A stretch of DNA of 64,000 bases, taken from the NCBI RefSeq assembly GCF_030144855.1, contig NC_082709.1, positions 148,490,001-148,554,000 of the forward strand. Direction: 5' to 3'. The notes under the pieces are model-generated. The model made no database searches and was not told the DNA's origin. It was given only the letters and a program-made list of their open reading frames with translations. This DNA comes from Hypanus sabinus (lineage: Eukaryota). The stretch's first letter is position 1. Each line of letters begins with the position of its first letter. This document shows positions 37,800 to 49,550 of the stretch, in pieces. A program made the position numbers and the translations under genes.

Positions 37800-40050
37800 T
37801 TAGGTGATAGGAAACAGAACAGTACTAGATAGATTATTTTCTGACTGGAAATCTGTAATAAACAGTGTACTACAGATTTTGCTACTGGGACATTTGTTAT
37901 ATGTAATAGATACAAATGAAATTGAGAATGTAGCATATATAAGTGACACAGAAATTGGTGGGGTCATAGACAGTGAACTGAAAAGTTGGGCAGAGCAGTG
38001 GAGATGGAATTTAATCCAGGCAAGAGTGTGGTAATGGGAGATCCTTAATGAATACTTCAGTGTTCAGTGAGAAGGACCTTGACAAATGTGCGGCCAGCAT
38101 AGAACAGGCTAATGCGCTGGAATATGCTGAGGTTAAGAAAAAGGCAGTGTTGGAACCTTTGAAAAATCATTAGAATTGATTATTCCCAGGGGGCAGATGG
38201 GATACACCCAGATTACCATGAGAAGTGAAGAAAGAGATTGCTACACTGTTGGTGACAATCTTTGTGTCCTCACTGGCCACCGGAGAAGTACCACAGATTG
38301 AAGGATAGCAGATGTTATTCCTTTGTTCAAGAAAGGTGTTAGGGAGAAAGCTGAGAATTATAGACCAGTGAGTCTTCTATCAGTGGAGGGTAAACTATTG
38401 AAGAGGATTCTTAGAGAAAGGATTAGTCTGACTAGGGATGGTCAGTATGGCTTTGTGAGGGGCAGGTCTTGCTTTATGAGCCTGATTGACTTTGAGGAAG
38501 TGACAAAGCACATTTATGAAGATAATGCAGTGTATATGATTTATATGGATTTTAGCAAAGCATCTGACAAGGTTCTCCATAGTTCTCATTCAGAAAGCCA
38601 GGGAATATGACAGCATAGATTTGGAAATGGATTGCTTACAGAAGGCAAAGGGTGGTAGAAGATAAAGTGCATTCTACCTGGAAGTCGGTGACTAGTGGTA
38701 ATTTGAAGTGTGTTGGCCTTTGTTAGTCAGGGGAACGAGTTAAAGAGCCACTAGTTAATGTTACAGCTCTATAAAATTCTGCTTGGACCACACCTGGAGT
38801 ATAGCATTCAGTTCTGGTCACCTCATTTTGAAAGCTTGAGAGAGTGCAGAGGACATTTACCAGGATGTTGTCTAAATTGGAGAATATATCTTGGCTGAGC
38901 GAGCTTTGAGTTTTTCCTCTTTGAAATGTAGGATGAAAGTCAACCCGATGGAGGTATATATGAAGATAAGAGGCTTTTTCACAGGATGGTAATCACAAGT
39001 GACAGGACATACTTTTAAGGTGATTGGAAGGAATTACAGGGGTATGGTAGAGATTGTTTTTTCAGAAAGACAGTAGTAACTACATGGAATGTATTGTCGG
39101 GAGTAGCAGTAGAAACAAATACATTCGTGACATTTAAGCAGCTCTTGGGTAGGCATATGGATGAAAGAAAGAAAGAAAAAAAATTGAGGGCTATGTAAGA
39201 GGGAAGGAATGTTAGGTTGATCTTGGAATAGGTTAAAAGGTTGGCACAACAGCATCAGCTGAGGGACCAGTACTGTTCAATGTTCTCATTCACTTCAGGG
39301 AGTCAAATTTGGTGGAACAAATGGAGTAAATGGCAAAGGCCATGGAAATCTTTCATACAGTGGGATTTGAATGTAAGTCTACAGCTTCCTGAAAGTGGCA
39401 ACGTAAGAGAACCGGGTAAAGAAATTGGCATTTGGTACGTTTACCTTAACAGCCCCAGGCATTGAGTAGAAGATTTGGGAAATAGTGTTGCAGTTGTAGA
39501 AGCATTGTTGAGACTGCACATAAAGTATGATGTACAGTTCTACTCGCCATAATGTAGACGGGACATGCCTGTAATGGCATTAGAAAGAGTGCAGAGGAGG
39601 TTCACCAGGATGTTTCCTGGAATGGAATGCTGTACTTAAAAAGACAGATGGATTGGCTGAATTTAATTCCACTAGAATGTAGAAAACTGAAGTTTGCAGA
39701 GGATTACAAATTATGATAGGCATGATAGATGGCTAGGATAGGATAGATAGTTAAAATCTTTTACACAGAGGAGCTGATGTTCAGAGTTAAAGAGCACAGG
39801 TTTAGATGAAAAGGGAAAAAAGTTAAAGGCCATCTGAAGGGCAAGGTTTTTACAAAGAAAGGGGTGAATATCTGGAATGGGCTGCCAGAGGTGACAGTGG
39901 AGGCATTCCCTATTACATTACTAAAAGGCACTGGATGGGTACTTGATAAGAGAGGAGCAGGTTGGTGTGGGTCTGATGTTGTAAAATGAGATTAGCAGAG
40001 GTAGGCATGGATAAGATGGGTTGAAGAAGCTTGTTTTGTGTTATACCATT
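37800..40050 (+). mobile_element. Mosaic of older degraded CR1 fragments
   Basis: FKKGVREKAENYRPVSLLS, YMDFSKASDKV and several decayed CR1 3' ends. Confidence 0.7.
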
Positions 40051-40075
40051 CTGTGCTTCTATGCTTCTATCAATT

Positions 40076-41705
40076 AACATAGAAATCTACCGCACAACCC
40101 ACAATGTTGTGCCGACCGTGTAACCTACGCTAGAAATGGCCTAGAATTTCCCTACTGCATAGCCCTCAATTTTTCTAAGCTCCATGTACCTATCCAAGAG
40201 ACTCTTAAAGACCATATTGTACCTGACTCCATCACCATTGCTGGCAGTGCATTCCATGCACCCACTGCTCTGTGTGAAAAAGTTACCTCTGACATCTCCC
40301 CTGTAACTACATCTAAGCACCTGAAAAAACTATGCTTCCTTCTGTTAGCCATTTCAGCCTTGGGTAAAAGCCTCTGGCTATCCATATAATGAATGCCCCT
40401 CATCAACTATACACCTCCATCAGGTCACCTCTCATCCTCCATGGCTCCAAGGAAAAAAGCCAAGTTCACTCAACCTGTTCTCATAAGGCACACTCTCCAA
40501 TCCAGGCAACATCCTTGTAAATCTCCCCTGAATTCTCTCTATAGTATCCACATCCTTCCTGTAGTGATGTTCCAGAACTGAACACAGTACTCCAAATGGG
40601 GTCTGACTAAGGTCTTATATATAGATGTAACATTACCTCACAGTCTTGAATGCAATCCCACAGCTGATGAAGGCCAACCTGTGCAGCAGCTTGGAGTGTC
40701 CTATAGACACCAACCCTAAGATCTCTCTGATCCTCCACACTGCCTAAAGAGTCTTAACATTAATATTATATTCTGTCTTCAAATTTGACCTACCAAAATG
40801 AACCACTTCACACTTATCGGGGTTGAACTTCAATTGCCACTTCTCAGCCCAGTTCTGCATCCTTTCGATATCCTGCTGTAAACTCTGACAACCCTCGACT
40901 ATCCACAACACTCTCTACTTTTGAGATATCAGCAAATTTACTAACCCACCATTCTACTTCCTCATCCAGGTCATTTATAAAAATCACAAAGAGGACGGGT
41001 TCCAGAAAAGGTCCCTGTGGAACACCACTGGTAACTGACCTCCATGCAGAATACAAACCATCTTCAACCACCCTTTGCCTTCCGTGGGCAAGTCAATTCT
41101 GGATCCACAAAGCAAGTTCTCGTTGAATCCCATGCCTCCTTATTTTCTGAAGGAGCCTTGCATGGAGAACTTTATCAAATGCCTTACTGAAATCCATATA
41201 CACTACATCCACTGTTCTACCTTCATCAATGTGTTTTATTATATCAAAGAATTCAATTAGGCTTGTAAGGTAGGACCTCCACCTGACAAAGCGATGTTGA
41301 TTATCCCTAATCAGATTATATCCCTTCAAATGCTCATAAATCCTGCCTCTCAGGATCTTCAACAACTTGCCCACTACTGAAGTAAGACTCATTACTCTAT
41401 AATTTCCTGGGTTGTCTCTACTCCCTTCCTTCAACAAGGGAACAACATTTGCAACCCTCCAATCCTCTGGTATTTCTCCTGTCCCTACTAATGATGCAAA
41501 GATCATCATCAGAGGCTCAGTAATCTCCTCCCCTGCTTCCTACCGTAGCCTAAGGTATATCTAGTCCGGACCTGGTGACTTACCTAACTTAATGCTTTTC
41601 AAAAGCTCCAGCACAATGTCTATATGCTCAAGCATTTCAGTCTGTTGTAAGTCATCCCCACAATTGCCAAGGTCCTTTTCCCGGTGAGTATTGAAGCAAA
41701 GTATT
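40076..41705 (-). mobile_element. CR1 LINE (left part, host of Gypsy-1)
   Basis: WRVANVVPLLK...NPGNYR...YMDFSKAFDKV; continues at 45702 across the TATT TSD. Confidence 0.88.
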
Positions 41706-42365
41706 TGTAACCCCCTGGGTCGCCTCAGGCTCGCTCAGCTCATTCTCGTCTAGGGGGAGCAGCCTTCGGCCCCGCCAAACTGGGTAATCAGCTGGTGTGG
41801 ATGCTGTGTGAGGTCCCCGCCTCACCCAAAAACAGACAGTACACCATATGCGATTAAATGAGTACAATTTATAAAGGTTACTATAACTAAGTGATTAATA
41901 ATGATACAGTATATATGAAGAGAAAATTAAAGAAAAGGCGCCAAACTTATCAAAGTCCAAACCACTTTGTGCACAGCCGTTGGAGCTCAATTACTGAAGT
42001 CTTCTGGCCACCATTCGATCCCCTCTGAACTCCTCGACTCGCAGCTCAGGACCCTCCGAACTCCTCGGACTCTCCAAACAGCTCAGGACCCTCCGAGTGG
42101 TCAACCAAGCACATCTAGCTTCATCCCCCCCCCCCCCGGAGAATCTCCCGGCCTCGGACCCCCCTTTGGGGTCCGATCCTTGCCCAGCTTAGAGCATTGC
42201 GTCCTCTCTCTCGACCCCCTCGCGCCGATCTGCCCAAAAGCCCGTCAACAAAAGCTTACAGACTCAGAAGAAAGAACATTAATCCCCATTTGGTTTACAA
42301 AGGAATACCATTCTCGTTATCAGTAAATTAGCATTCCTGCTAGTTAACAAAAGGAAACCCTTTCC
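41706..42365 (-). repeat. Gypsy-1 3' LTR
   Basis: Matches 45039-45690 with only about a dozen or so differences by eye. Inner boundary uncertain. Confidence 0.9.
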
Positions 42366-42655
42366 CAACGGTAACAAAGAAAAAAAATCCTCCACCAAAT
42401 AAAAGTCATGTCCTCATGACTACTAAATAACTCGCCACCTTTCCTGCCAACACACCGTAACCCAAGCACAAACAGTGACATCTCCTCCCCACACAGTAAC
42501 CCTCATGCCCTGTTCCTCAGGCGCTACTTAGGCCAACTATCTGGGAGTTCCCTAACCCTTCTGAGGCCTCCGTACCCCCTCACCTAAACCCTTCAGGCTC
42601 GGACACAACTGGGGATACCTTGGGCCCACTACCAACTCCTCTCTCAACCTCTCAC

Positions 42656-44167
42656 TCATGCCCCACACTGCACACAGCTAACCCTCCCCGCTACACCTGA
42701 CTCAATGGGAGAAGGGCCAAAGGTCTCTTCCTCAATCGAGGGAAAGTCAGCAAAAGGCAGCATGTACCACACATCCAGCACATCATCCATCGAATCTGTA
42801 TTCTTCCTCTTTCCTGTGATCGGTAGCTGCTGTTTGATCTTCTCCAAACGGAAACACGTGGCCTGCACTGCTCCCGCAGTCTCTTCAGCCTCCTGTTCAG
42901 TATTCACTGCACTTCTCTCCAGCTTTTTCTTCCTCATGACTTCTTCCAGATCAACTTTCAGGTTTTGCACTTCATTTGAACTGTCGATGGTCATCTTCAG
43001 GTTCCCTTCAAGCTTCCGCTTCTCTCTTCTGAGATTCTTCTGTAATTTCTTCACCTCCGCAAACTCCCCTCTCCGGGTTCTCAGTTTGCTATTACCCTCA
43101 GTCAGACAACTTTCTTCATTCTCTCCAACTTGTAAGTCTTCCGAATGGTTCCAGATCACTTTCTCCGGTCTCTCCATCTTCATTTCAAACTTGATTCCGT
43201 AGAGACAGTCACTCACGAGCTGCGACCTTCGCCAGCCCTGGCACGTGTCCCGAAAACACTTTAACTTGGTAGTTCTCAGCTGCTCCTGCAACGACCTCAC
43301 TTCATATTCTCCTGAGGCAAATCCAAACACCAAGAGATCATCCACATACACCAGAACTCCAAACACCTCCACATCCCCTATGGTCTTCCACCTGCCCCGC
43401 AGGAAGGTTGCAAGGGCTCCAGATATGCCCTGTGCCATCTTTTCGGACCCGAAGACTCCTAGGGAATTTATAACGGCCGTCTTCTCCTTGTCGGCCCCAC
43501 TCATCGGGATCTGGCAACATCCACTCCTCCGATCCAGCACCTTAAACCACTTTGCAACACTTAGATAGGCCATCGCCTCTTCGGCCCTCAGGGCCATATT
43601 CTGGTCACTGACAGTGCGCCTCTTCGACGCAATATAATCCACACACACGCTGCCTACGTCTTCCACGGCTTCAGGGGCCAGTCGCCGCAACCTCTCTCTC
43701 TCCGAGGTGTCTTCAGCAGTCAACTCCGCTCCCTCGTGGTATTTCGCAGCGTCCACTAAGAGGGTCTCACCCTCAGATACTTCCCCCAGGCCGTACCACC
43801 ACTGGCTCTTGTTTGAATTCGGTATCGGCCCAATGCTGCTACACACGTCCACACAAGCAGCTCGAAACTCTGGGTGCATCGACAATGCCTCCAAACAGCG
43901 CTCACCCACCTCCTCCGGGCAGGCCCCCAAGCGCACCAGCAGGATATTGGTTCTCTCTAGAACAGAAACGCTGCCCGTCTCAACAGGGTCCGGACACATC
44001 AGCATTAACGATTCATGAACCTCAGTCTCCTCCACATTTGCCTCTAAGAACTCCATTTTCACTGACCAACAACCGTCGTCTGGATAATCACCGGCACTGG
44101 TACCCCGAATCTCCAGTGTCCTCAATGTCGCCAAGGGTAAATGCTTCCAATAACGGTTATGAAACAA
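42656..44167 (-). CDS. 503-codon degenerate pol-derived ORF (post-protease region, RT with YVDD, charged C-terminus); translation unproven
   Basis: Open ORF in the track: [41 protein letters not shown] (YVDD at 43337-43348). Confidence 0.55.
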   Translation of the reverse strand: MFHNRYWKHLPLATLRTLEIRGTSAGDYPDDGCWSVKMEFLEANVEETEVHESLMLMCPDPVETGSVSVLERTNILLVRLGACPEEVGERCLEALSMHPEFRAACVDVCSSIGPIPNSNKSQWWYGLGEVSEGETLLVDAAKYHEGAELTAEDTSERERLRRLAPEAVEDVGSVCVDYIASKRRTVSDQNMALRAEEAMAYLSVAKWFKVLDRRSGCCQIPMSGADKEKTAVINSLGVFGSEKMAQGISGALATFLRGRWKTIGDVEVFGVLVYVDDLLVFGFASGEYEVRSLQEQLRTTKLKCFRDTCQGWRRSQLVSDCLYGIKFEMKMERPEKVIWNHSEDLQVGENEESCLTEGNSKLRTRRGEFAEVKKLQKNLRREKRKLEGNLKMTIDSSNEVQNLKVDLEEVMRKKKLERSAVNTEQEAEETAGAVQATCFRLEKIKQQLPITGKRKNTDSMDDVLDVWYMLPFADFPSIEEETFGPSPIESGVAGRVSCVQCGA

Positions 44168-45015
44168 ACTCTACAGCAACTTCACCGGCGCCCCGGTGCC
44201 GAGGATGGCTTTAACTTGACTTCCATCCATCCGTAACAACACCTGTGCGCATGACCCCTCTAAGCCTTCAGGAATAGGGTCTGTTCCTTTCGGGAGTTCC
44301 TTGGTACATTGCTGGGAACGTACTCCCCCAGAGACCCCAAGCCGTTCCCCCACTGGGCCTCCTCTAAGTTTCCCGACACCTCTCGAATCAACGGAACAAC
44401 TGATCCCCTTGACAGATCCCCTTGGCACCACAAGCAATTTATCTGCCCCCCTAGGCAAAAAGGGATACCCTAAAAACTTCCCACCAATCTCCTGCCATGG
44501 ATATGATAAGCCCCCCAGCTGCGGCATTTGACTTCCAGTCAAACCACACGCATTTTCCCACACTTTCCCAGAACTGGCAGCAGTCACTTCAAGGTAATTG
44601 CGCCCGACAGTTCTAACAAAGTCACCAGCCCGCCTACTCAAACTTTCAACCCGTCCTTGTCACTTTCCCTCAGCCAAGCACTGCCACTCACCCAACAACT
44701 GAGAGGTCCGCTCCGCCCACGCCTCCGCCCCTTTAGGGCTGGACATTATTTCAATAACTGGGCGGAGCTCACCGCTGCTGAAACATCCCAACCTGTCACT
44801 CCTCAATCTCCAAACAGTACGGACAACCCATGGTCCCACCACCATTTCGTCAGCACTAGTTGGAACTCGAACAACGACCTCGAGGCTAACAACAGCAGCC
44901 ACCCCACCCAACACACACGCAGCGATAACCAGCAATCACACACCCACAAAGGCACACCAGCTCTTCGCCGCAGACACAATTTAAAGAGGGTGATCACACA
45001 GCTTCCACAGAAATC

Positions 45016-45035
45016 AATCCCGGACGAGCACCCCA
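45016..45035 (-). promoter_or_regulatory. Primer-binding site, tRNA-Pro-like
   Basis: + strand AATCCCGGACGAGCACCCCA versus the vertebrate tRNA-Pro 3' end AAATCCCGGACGAGCCCCCA; 3 nt from the 5' LTR. Confidence 0.85.
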
Positions 45036-45038
45036 CAA

Positions 45039-45701
45039 TGTAACCCCCTGGGTCGCCTCAGGCTCGCTCAGCTCGTTCTCGTCTAGGGGGAGCAGCCTTT
45101 GGCCCCGCCAAACTGGGTAATCAGCTGGTGTGGATGCTGTGTGATGTCCCCGCCTTGTCCAAAAACAGACAGTTCACCATATGCGATTAAATGAGTACAA
45201 TTTATAAAGGTTACTATAACTAAGTGATTAATAACGATACAGTATATATGAAGAGAAAATTAAAGAAAAGGAGCCAAACTTATCAAAGTCCAAACCACTT
45301 TGTGCACAGCCGTTGGAGCTCAATTACTGAAGTCTTCTGGCCACCATTCGATCCCCTCCGAACTCCTCGACTCGCAGCTCAGGACCCTCCGAACTCCTCG
45401 GACTCTCCAAACAGCTCAGGACCCTCCGAGTGGTCAACCAAGCACATCTAGCTTCATCCCCCCCCCCCGGAGAATCTCCCGGCCTCGGACCCCCCTTTGG
45501 GGTCCGATCCTCGGCCAGCTTAGAGCATTGCGTCCTCTCTCTCGACCCCCTCGCGCCGATCTGCCCAAAAGCCCGTCAACAAAAGCTTACAGACAGAAGA
45601 AAGAACATTAATCCCCATTTGGTTTACAAAGGAATACCATTCTCGTTATCAGTAAATTAGCATTCCTGCTAGTTAACAAAAAAGAAGAAACCCTCTTTAC
45701 A
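45039..45701 (-). repeat. Gypsy-1 5' LTR (663 bp)
   Basis: TGTAA...TTACA ends, adjacent to the PBS. Confidence 0.92.
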
Positions 45702-46080
45702 TATTTATTAAGTACCTCCACTACCTCCTCAGCCTCCACGCACACATTTCCACTGTTGCACTTGATTGGTCCTATTCTCACATGGCTCATCCTCTTGCTT
45801 GTGGAATGCCTTGGGATTTTCCTTAACTCTGCTCACCAAAGCTATCTCATGGCCCCTTCTACCTCTCTTATTTTCATTCTTAAGCTCCTTCCTGGCAACC
45901 TGGTAATTTTCTGGAGCTCTAACAGTACTTAGTTTCTTGAAGCTTTCATAAGTTTTTCTTCTTAACTAGATTTTCTCCATCCTTTGTACAGCATGGTTCT
46001 TTTACCCTACCACCTTTTTCCTGCCTTAATAGAACATATCTATGCAGAACGCCATGCAAATATTCCCTGAATTAGTCTCC
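45702..46080 (-). mobile_element. CR1 LINE (right part, host of Gypsy-1)
   Basis: Rejoins 41705 as gaagcaaagtatt|tattaagtacctcc (GEVLNKY(F)ASI on the minus strand). Confidence 0.8.
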
Positions 46081-46619
46081 TGAGATACCAAGGTCAGTTT
46101 GCAGGAGGGGAGGGAGGGTGGGTCTTATAGTGTACAGGTTAGATACACAAGGACTCACATGGCTAACTAAAAAAATTCAAGATGTCAAACTAAATGAAAA
46201 AGCACATACAATAATTCAAGTGTCTGGTCCAGTGATCGAGAAGAGAATCAAAGGCAATCAAACTGGATCAAATGTTAACTAACTGAGCACTGGCCCCCTA
46301 GAAACTTGAGTCCTGGAAATTAAGAATGGGAAATAACGATTTGACAGTTAAATCAAATACTTATTTATCTTTATTTGTCTGGAATGACTAACACCCCAGA
46401 AATGGATGTGCCAGGAAGCAGAAGGGAGGGAGGAACTCGGGAAGGTTACAGTTGCCACAGAAGATGTTGGACATGAGAGTTATGGGGCTCTCTGGAATGC
46501 AATGGACTTCATCCTCTGATCTTTCAGAAAATGGTTTGTGAGATAAATGATGTTTTTACTTTAATTTTTCAGAATCTCCTGATTTGGGGAACTTTTTGGT
46601 TAATAAAATCTAACTTCTT

Positions 46620-47240
46620 CATTCAAAACGGAAGACTGAAAGCAGGAAGCTGCAGGTCAGTTTGCTTAACATCTATTAAAGGGAAATAAAGAAGTTATTA
46701 TTAAATAGGTTAGAACGAGCATGCAGGAACACTCAGGTAATTGTCCAAATGGGTTTTATGAAAAGGAAATCATGCTTAACCACTCATTTGGAGTTCTGTA
46801 AATATGGAACATGTCTGGTAGATAAATGTGAACCTTTGGATGTGCTGTAGTTACCATTCCAGAAAGCATATGACAAGGCACCATATCGGGGAATAGAAGT
46901 TCATGATATAGGAAGTAACATACTAGTGCGGTGAGAAGATTGACAATCTAACAGAAAATAAAGTAGGCATAAATGTGTCTTTTTTCTGATGTAACACTGA
47001 TCTATGGGGATCAGTGGCAGAGCCTCTGGGATCTAGAACTAGGTGCCTTGATTATGACCCATTGAAGTACTTTTTTCCCCTCTCTCAGAAGTCAAAAGTT
47101 TTTGTACTTTCGTCCTTGATGGATGGTGGAAGCAGAATTTTTGAATATTTTTAAAACAGAGATTGGTAGGTTCTTGATTTTAAAAAAAGGATGATGCATT
47201 ACTTAGGTCACAACCTGATTGAATGGTGGATTGTGCTGAA
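46620..47240 (+). mobile_element. Old CR1 fragment
   Basis: Decayed aaggaaatcatgcttaacc...ttccagaaagcatatgacaagg (KSCLTN/FQKAFDK) and a CR1 3' end. Confidence 0.6.
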
Positions 47241-47451
47241 GGGACCATGTGCTGTATACTTTCTCCCAATTCATATTTTTGTACAGATGTAAGACCTGAG
47301 GATAGATTGTAAAAATGTAGTTTACCTTGAATACGGCATAATCATATTTAAAGAAGATTCTGTAACACTATGAAGAGGTATTTTTAAGGATTCACATGCA
47401 GGCCATAACAGGGATTAAGCTAATCCATGTATTCAACAAAATGCCAATCTA

Positions 47452-47649
47452 CACACACAGAATGCTGGTGGAACACAGCAGGCCAGGCAGCATCTATAAG
47501 GAGAAGCACTAACAAAATGTTAGTCCTGACGAAAGGTCTCAGCCCGAAACGTCAACAATGCTTCTCCTTATAGATTCTGCCTGGCCTGCTGTGTTCCACC
47601 AGCATTTTGTGTGTGTTGTTTGAATTTCCAGCATCTGCAGATTCCCTCG
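47452..47649 (+). mobile_element. PLE-derived ~200-bp fold-back cassette with hammerhead core and 14-bp TSD
   Basis: TSD AAAATGCCAATCTA at 47438-47451 and 47650-47663. 57-bp inverted arms at 47452-47508 and 47559-47615. CTGACGA...GAAACGTC at 47526-47553. Confidence 0.88.
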
Positions 47650-47999
47650 AAAATGCCAATCTAGTCTACTTTAAACCCAGAATGGTTTTGTAATCACTGA
47701 AAATAAAAGAAATACTGCACTGCACAAATTGGAGTGAGAAGTTAATGGTGTACGCTTAACAAAGCAAGATGGTGCTCTCTAAGGCAGTAAAGACCAATGG
47801 TTTTGCAGAGGTTTTATGTTGATCCTTAATAGAGTGGCTAAACAGTGTTCTCCACCTGCTTCTCAGTACTAATATGGTGAAATGGCCACCAAGTTAGATT
47901 TATCTCACCCCTATGGCCAGTTTTATGCCATGGAACAATACCATTAAACAAGGGTTCAGAAGACTGTATCAGCATAATATTAAATTTAAAAAATAAGCA

Positions 48000-48860
48000 A
48001 ATGCACTTTTGAGAAGAAAGGATTAGCTTGCTTAGCTCTTCAAATAGGTGAATGTGGGCAATTAAGGAAGCTGTGTGGCTGCATCAAACTGTGTGTGGAA
48101 GCCAAGTACGTGAAGCCTAGGTGCTGAGGTTCTATCTGTTCCCAGTGTTGTGAGGAATAGGTCTGGCCCCATTGCTGCACAACTGGACATTGCCACACTA
48201 CCTGTCCTTCATTGAAAAGTTCTTCCCGACCAACACCTTTGACCCACAATTCCATCAGGCAGTCGTCACTATGGAAAAGCCTGCAGACCTTGCAGGAGAA
48301 GAACTTGATGAGCACAGTGGGGTGGCTCATTGTGCAGACTGTCCAGACCATCTTGCAGAACGTTAGTGAGCTGTGCCGCATTGACAGAACTCACAAATAG
48401 GCAACAAGACCTTGCTTGGCTGGCGGTGAGAGGGGCACTACCAATCAGATCCTTCCTGCATGCTATCATTGCCAAAGCACGCTGCCCACAGGCTGACTAT
48501 AATGGGGACAAAACAGCTGCTTGCCCCTTTTCAGACTGGGCTTGTGAAGAGGGTGTGGAGAGGACCTGTGTCACATTCATCCCCAGCAGCTACCTGACTA
48601 AGGTCCTGGCGATCTATGGGCCGCTCCCAGGGACACACCCAGACATGGACATCAGGTGCTACCTGCAGTGAAAGATACCCTTTGGTCTGACCTAGACCCA
48701 CTGGTCTGCCCGCACATTGAGAGATCTGTGGACAAACATTGCAAACTGGAACGTTCCAGGCTGAAGGAGCATGCGCTGAGCGAAGCACTGCTTGGTGCAG
48801 CCACCACAAGAGCTCAGTGAGGAAGGACCACAGTGTAGGGTTCTTCTACTACCGGTGAGC
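48000..48860 (+). mobile_element. Tx1/L1-like LINE 3' fragment
   Basis: ELTNRQQDLAWLAVRGALPIRSFLH...CP C-terminal motif. Confidence 0.75.
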
Positions 48861-48899
48861 GAGGGGCCGGGTTGCATAAGGAAGCCCCTAAATTTATTG

Positions 48900-49295
48900 T
48901 AGTCTATCCATCCCATAGAATGATGATGGTTCCTTTCAGTCAGTTACTGGGGTTTGATATGTGCGTCCTGGAGTGGCTGTACAGGCCGATCCTTGACAGG
49001 CACTGCTTGCCACATACTTGGCAGGTGAGGCCTGGAGGGGCAGCAGGGGCAGAAGCTCTTTTGTGGCACTTACTGTGTCTTTCCTCTGTTGCCCCAATGA
49101 GCTTGTTCTCAGCAGCGTCCACACCTTTTCTGATGGTGTCCCTCCACTGTGAGCAATCTTGAGCCAGATCCTCCCACGTTGATGGGGCAGTGTCAGCTTT
49201 CTTGAGGCTCCTGTGCAGAGCATCCTTGTACCGCAGTCGCTGGCCTCCTCGTTTTTGGGTACCAGTGGACAGCTGTCCGTACAAGATGTCCTTGG
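48900..49295 (-). mobile_element. RTE LINE 3' end (left part, host of Gypsy-2)
   Basis: Minus-strand LYGQLS...RYKDAL...W...CQVCGKQCLSRIGLYSHSRTH (strand checked by hand). Confidence 0.9.
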
Positions 49296-49490
49296 TGATG
49301 CACCATCAATAACTCTCGGAGACTGGAAGTGAACGATAGGTTTTTATTAACAGCAAAAGGGGAGCACGACATCTCGGAGACTGAGGGGGGAGCAGTGCCT
49401 CCAATCGCCTTTACACAGGGGTCTGTGGGAGGAGCCACAGGAGCAGTCAGCAGAGGGGCGTGTCCAGACAGGTATACATACTTTACTACA
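49296..49490 (-). repeat. Gypsy-2 3' LTR
   Basis: TGATG...TACA; matches 53352-53546. Confidence 0.95.
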
Positions 49491-49550
49491 TTCACCCCTC
49501 CTTTGTTTTAAAAGAGAGTCCCCACGGGGTGAAGTTTCGTACAAGTATAT

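Larger units (their letters stand above)
41706..45701 (-). mobile_element. Gypsy-1: non-autonomous Ty3/Gypsy LTR retrotransposon (~4.0 kb; PNMA-like gag, protease and RT remnants; no recognisable RNase H or integrase)
   Basis: TGTAA...TTACA termini, 4-bp TSD TATT (41702-41705 and 45702-45705), paired ~660-bp LTRs, tRNA-Pro-like PBS. Confidence 0.92.

Noticed and set aside
44171-44173. In-frame TAG in Gypsy-1 as a programmed gag-pol read-through codon
   Set aside because: It falls after the protease active-site motif, at a position normally Tyr, not at the gag/pro boundary. A point mutation is simpler.
42705-44214. Plus-strand ORFs overlapping Gypsy-1 as antisense genes
   Set aside because: Expected shadows of a long, GC-rich open frame on the other strand; no motifs.
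45016-45035. tRNA gene
   Set aside because: Only the 3' ~20 nt match tRNA-Pro, and it sits next to an LTR, so it is a PBS.
41706-45701. Endogenous retrovirus (because of the tRNA-Pro PBS)
   Set aside because: Gag and RT remnants are Gypsy/PNMA-like, and no env-like ORF is seen.
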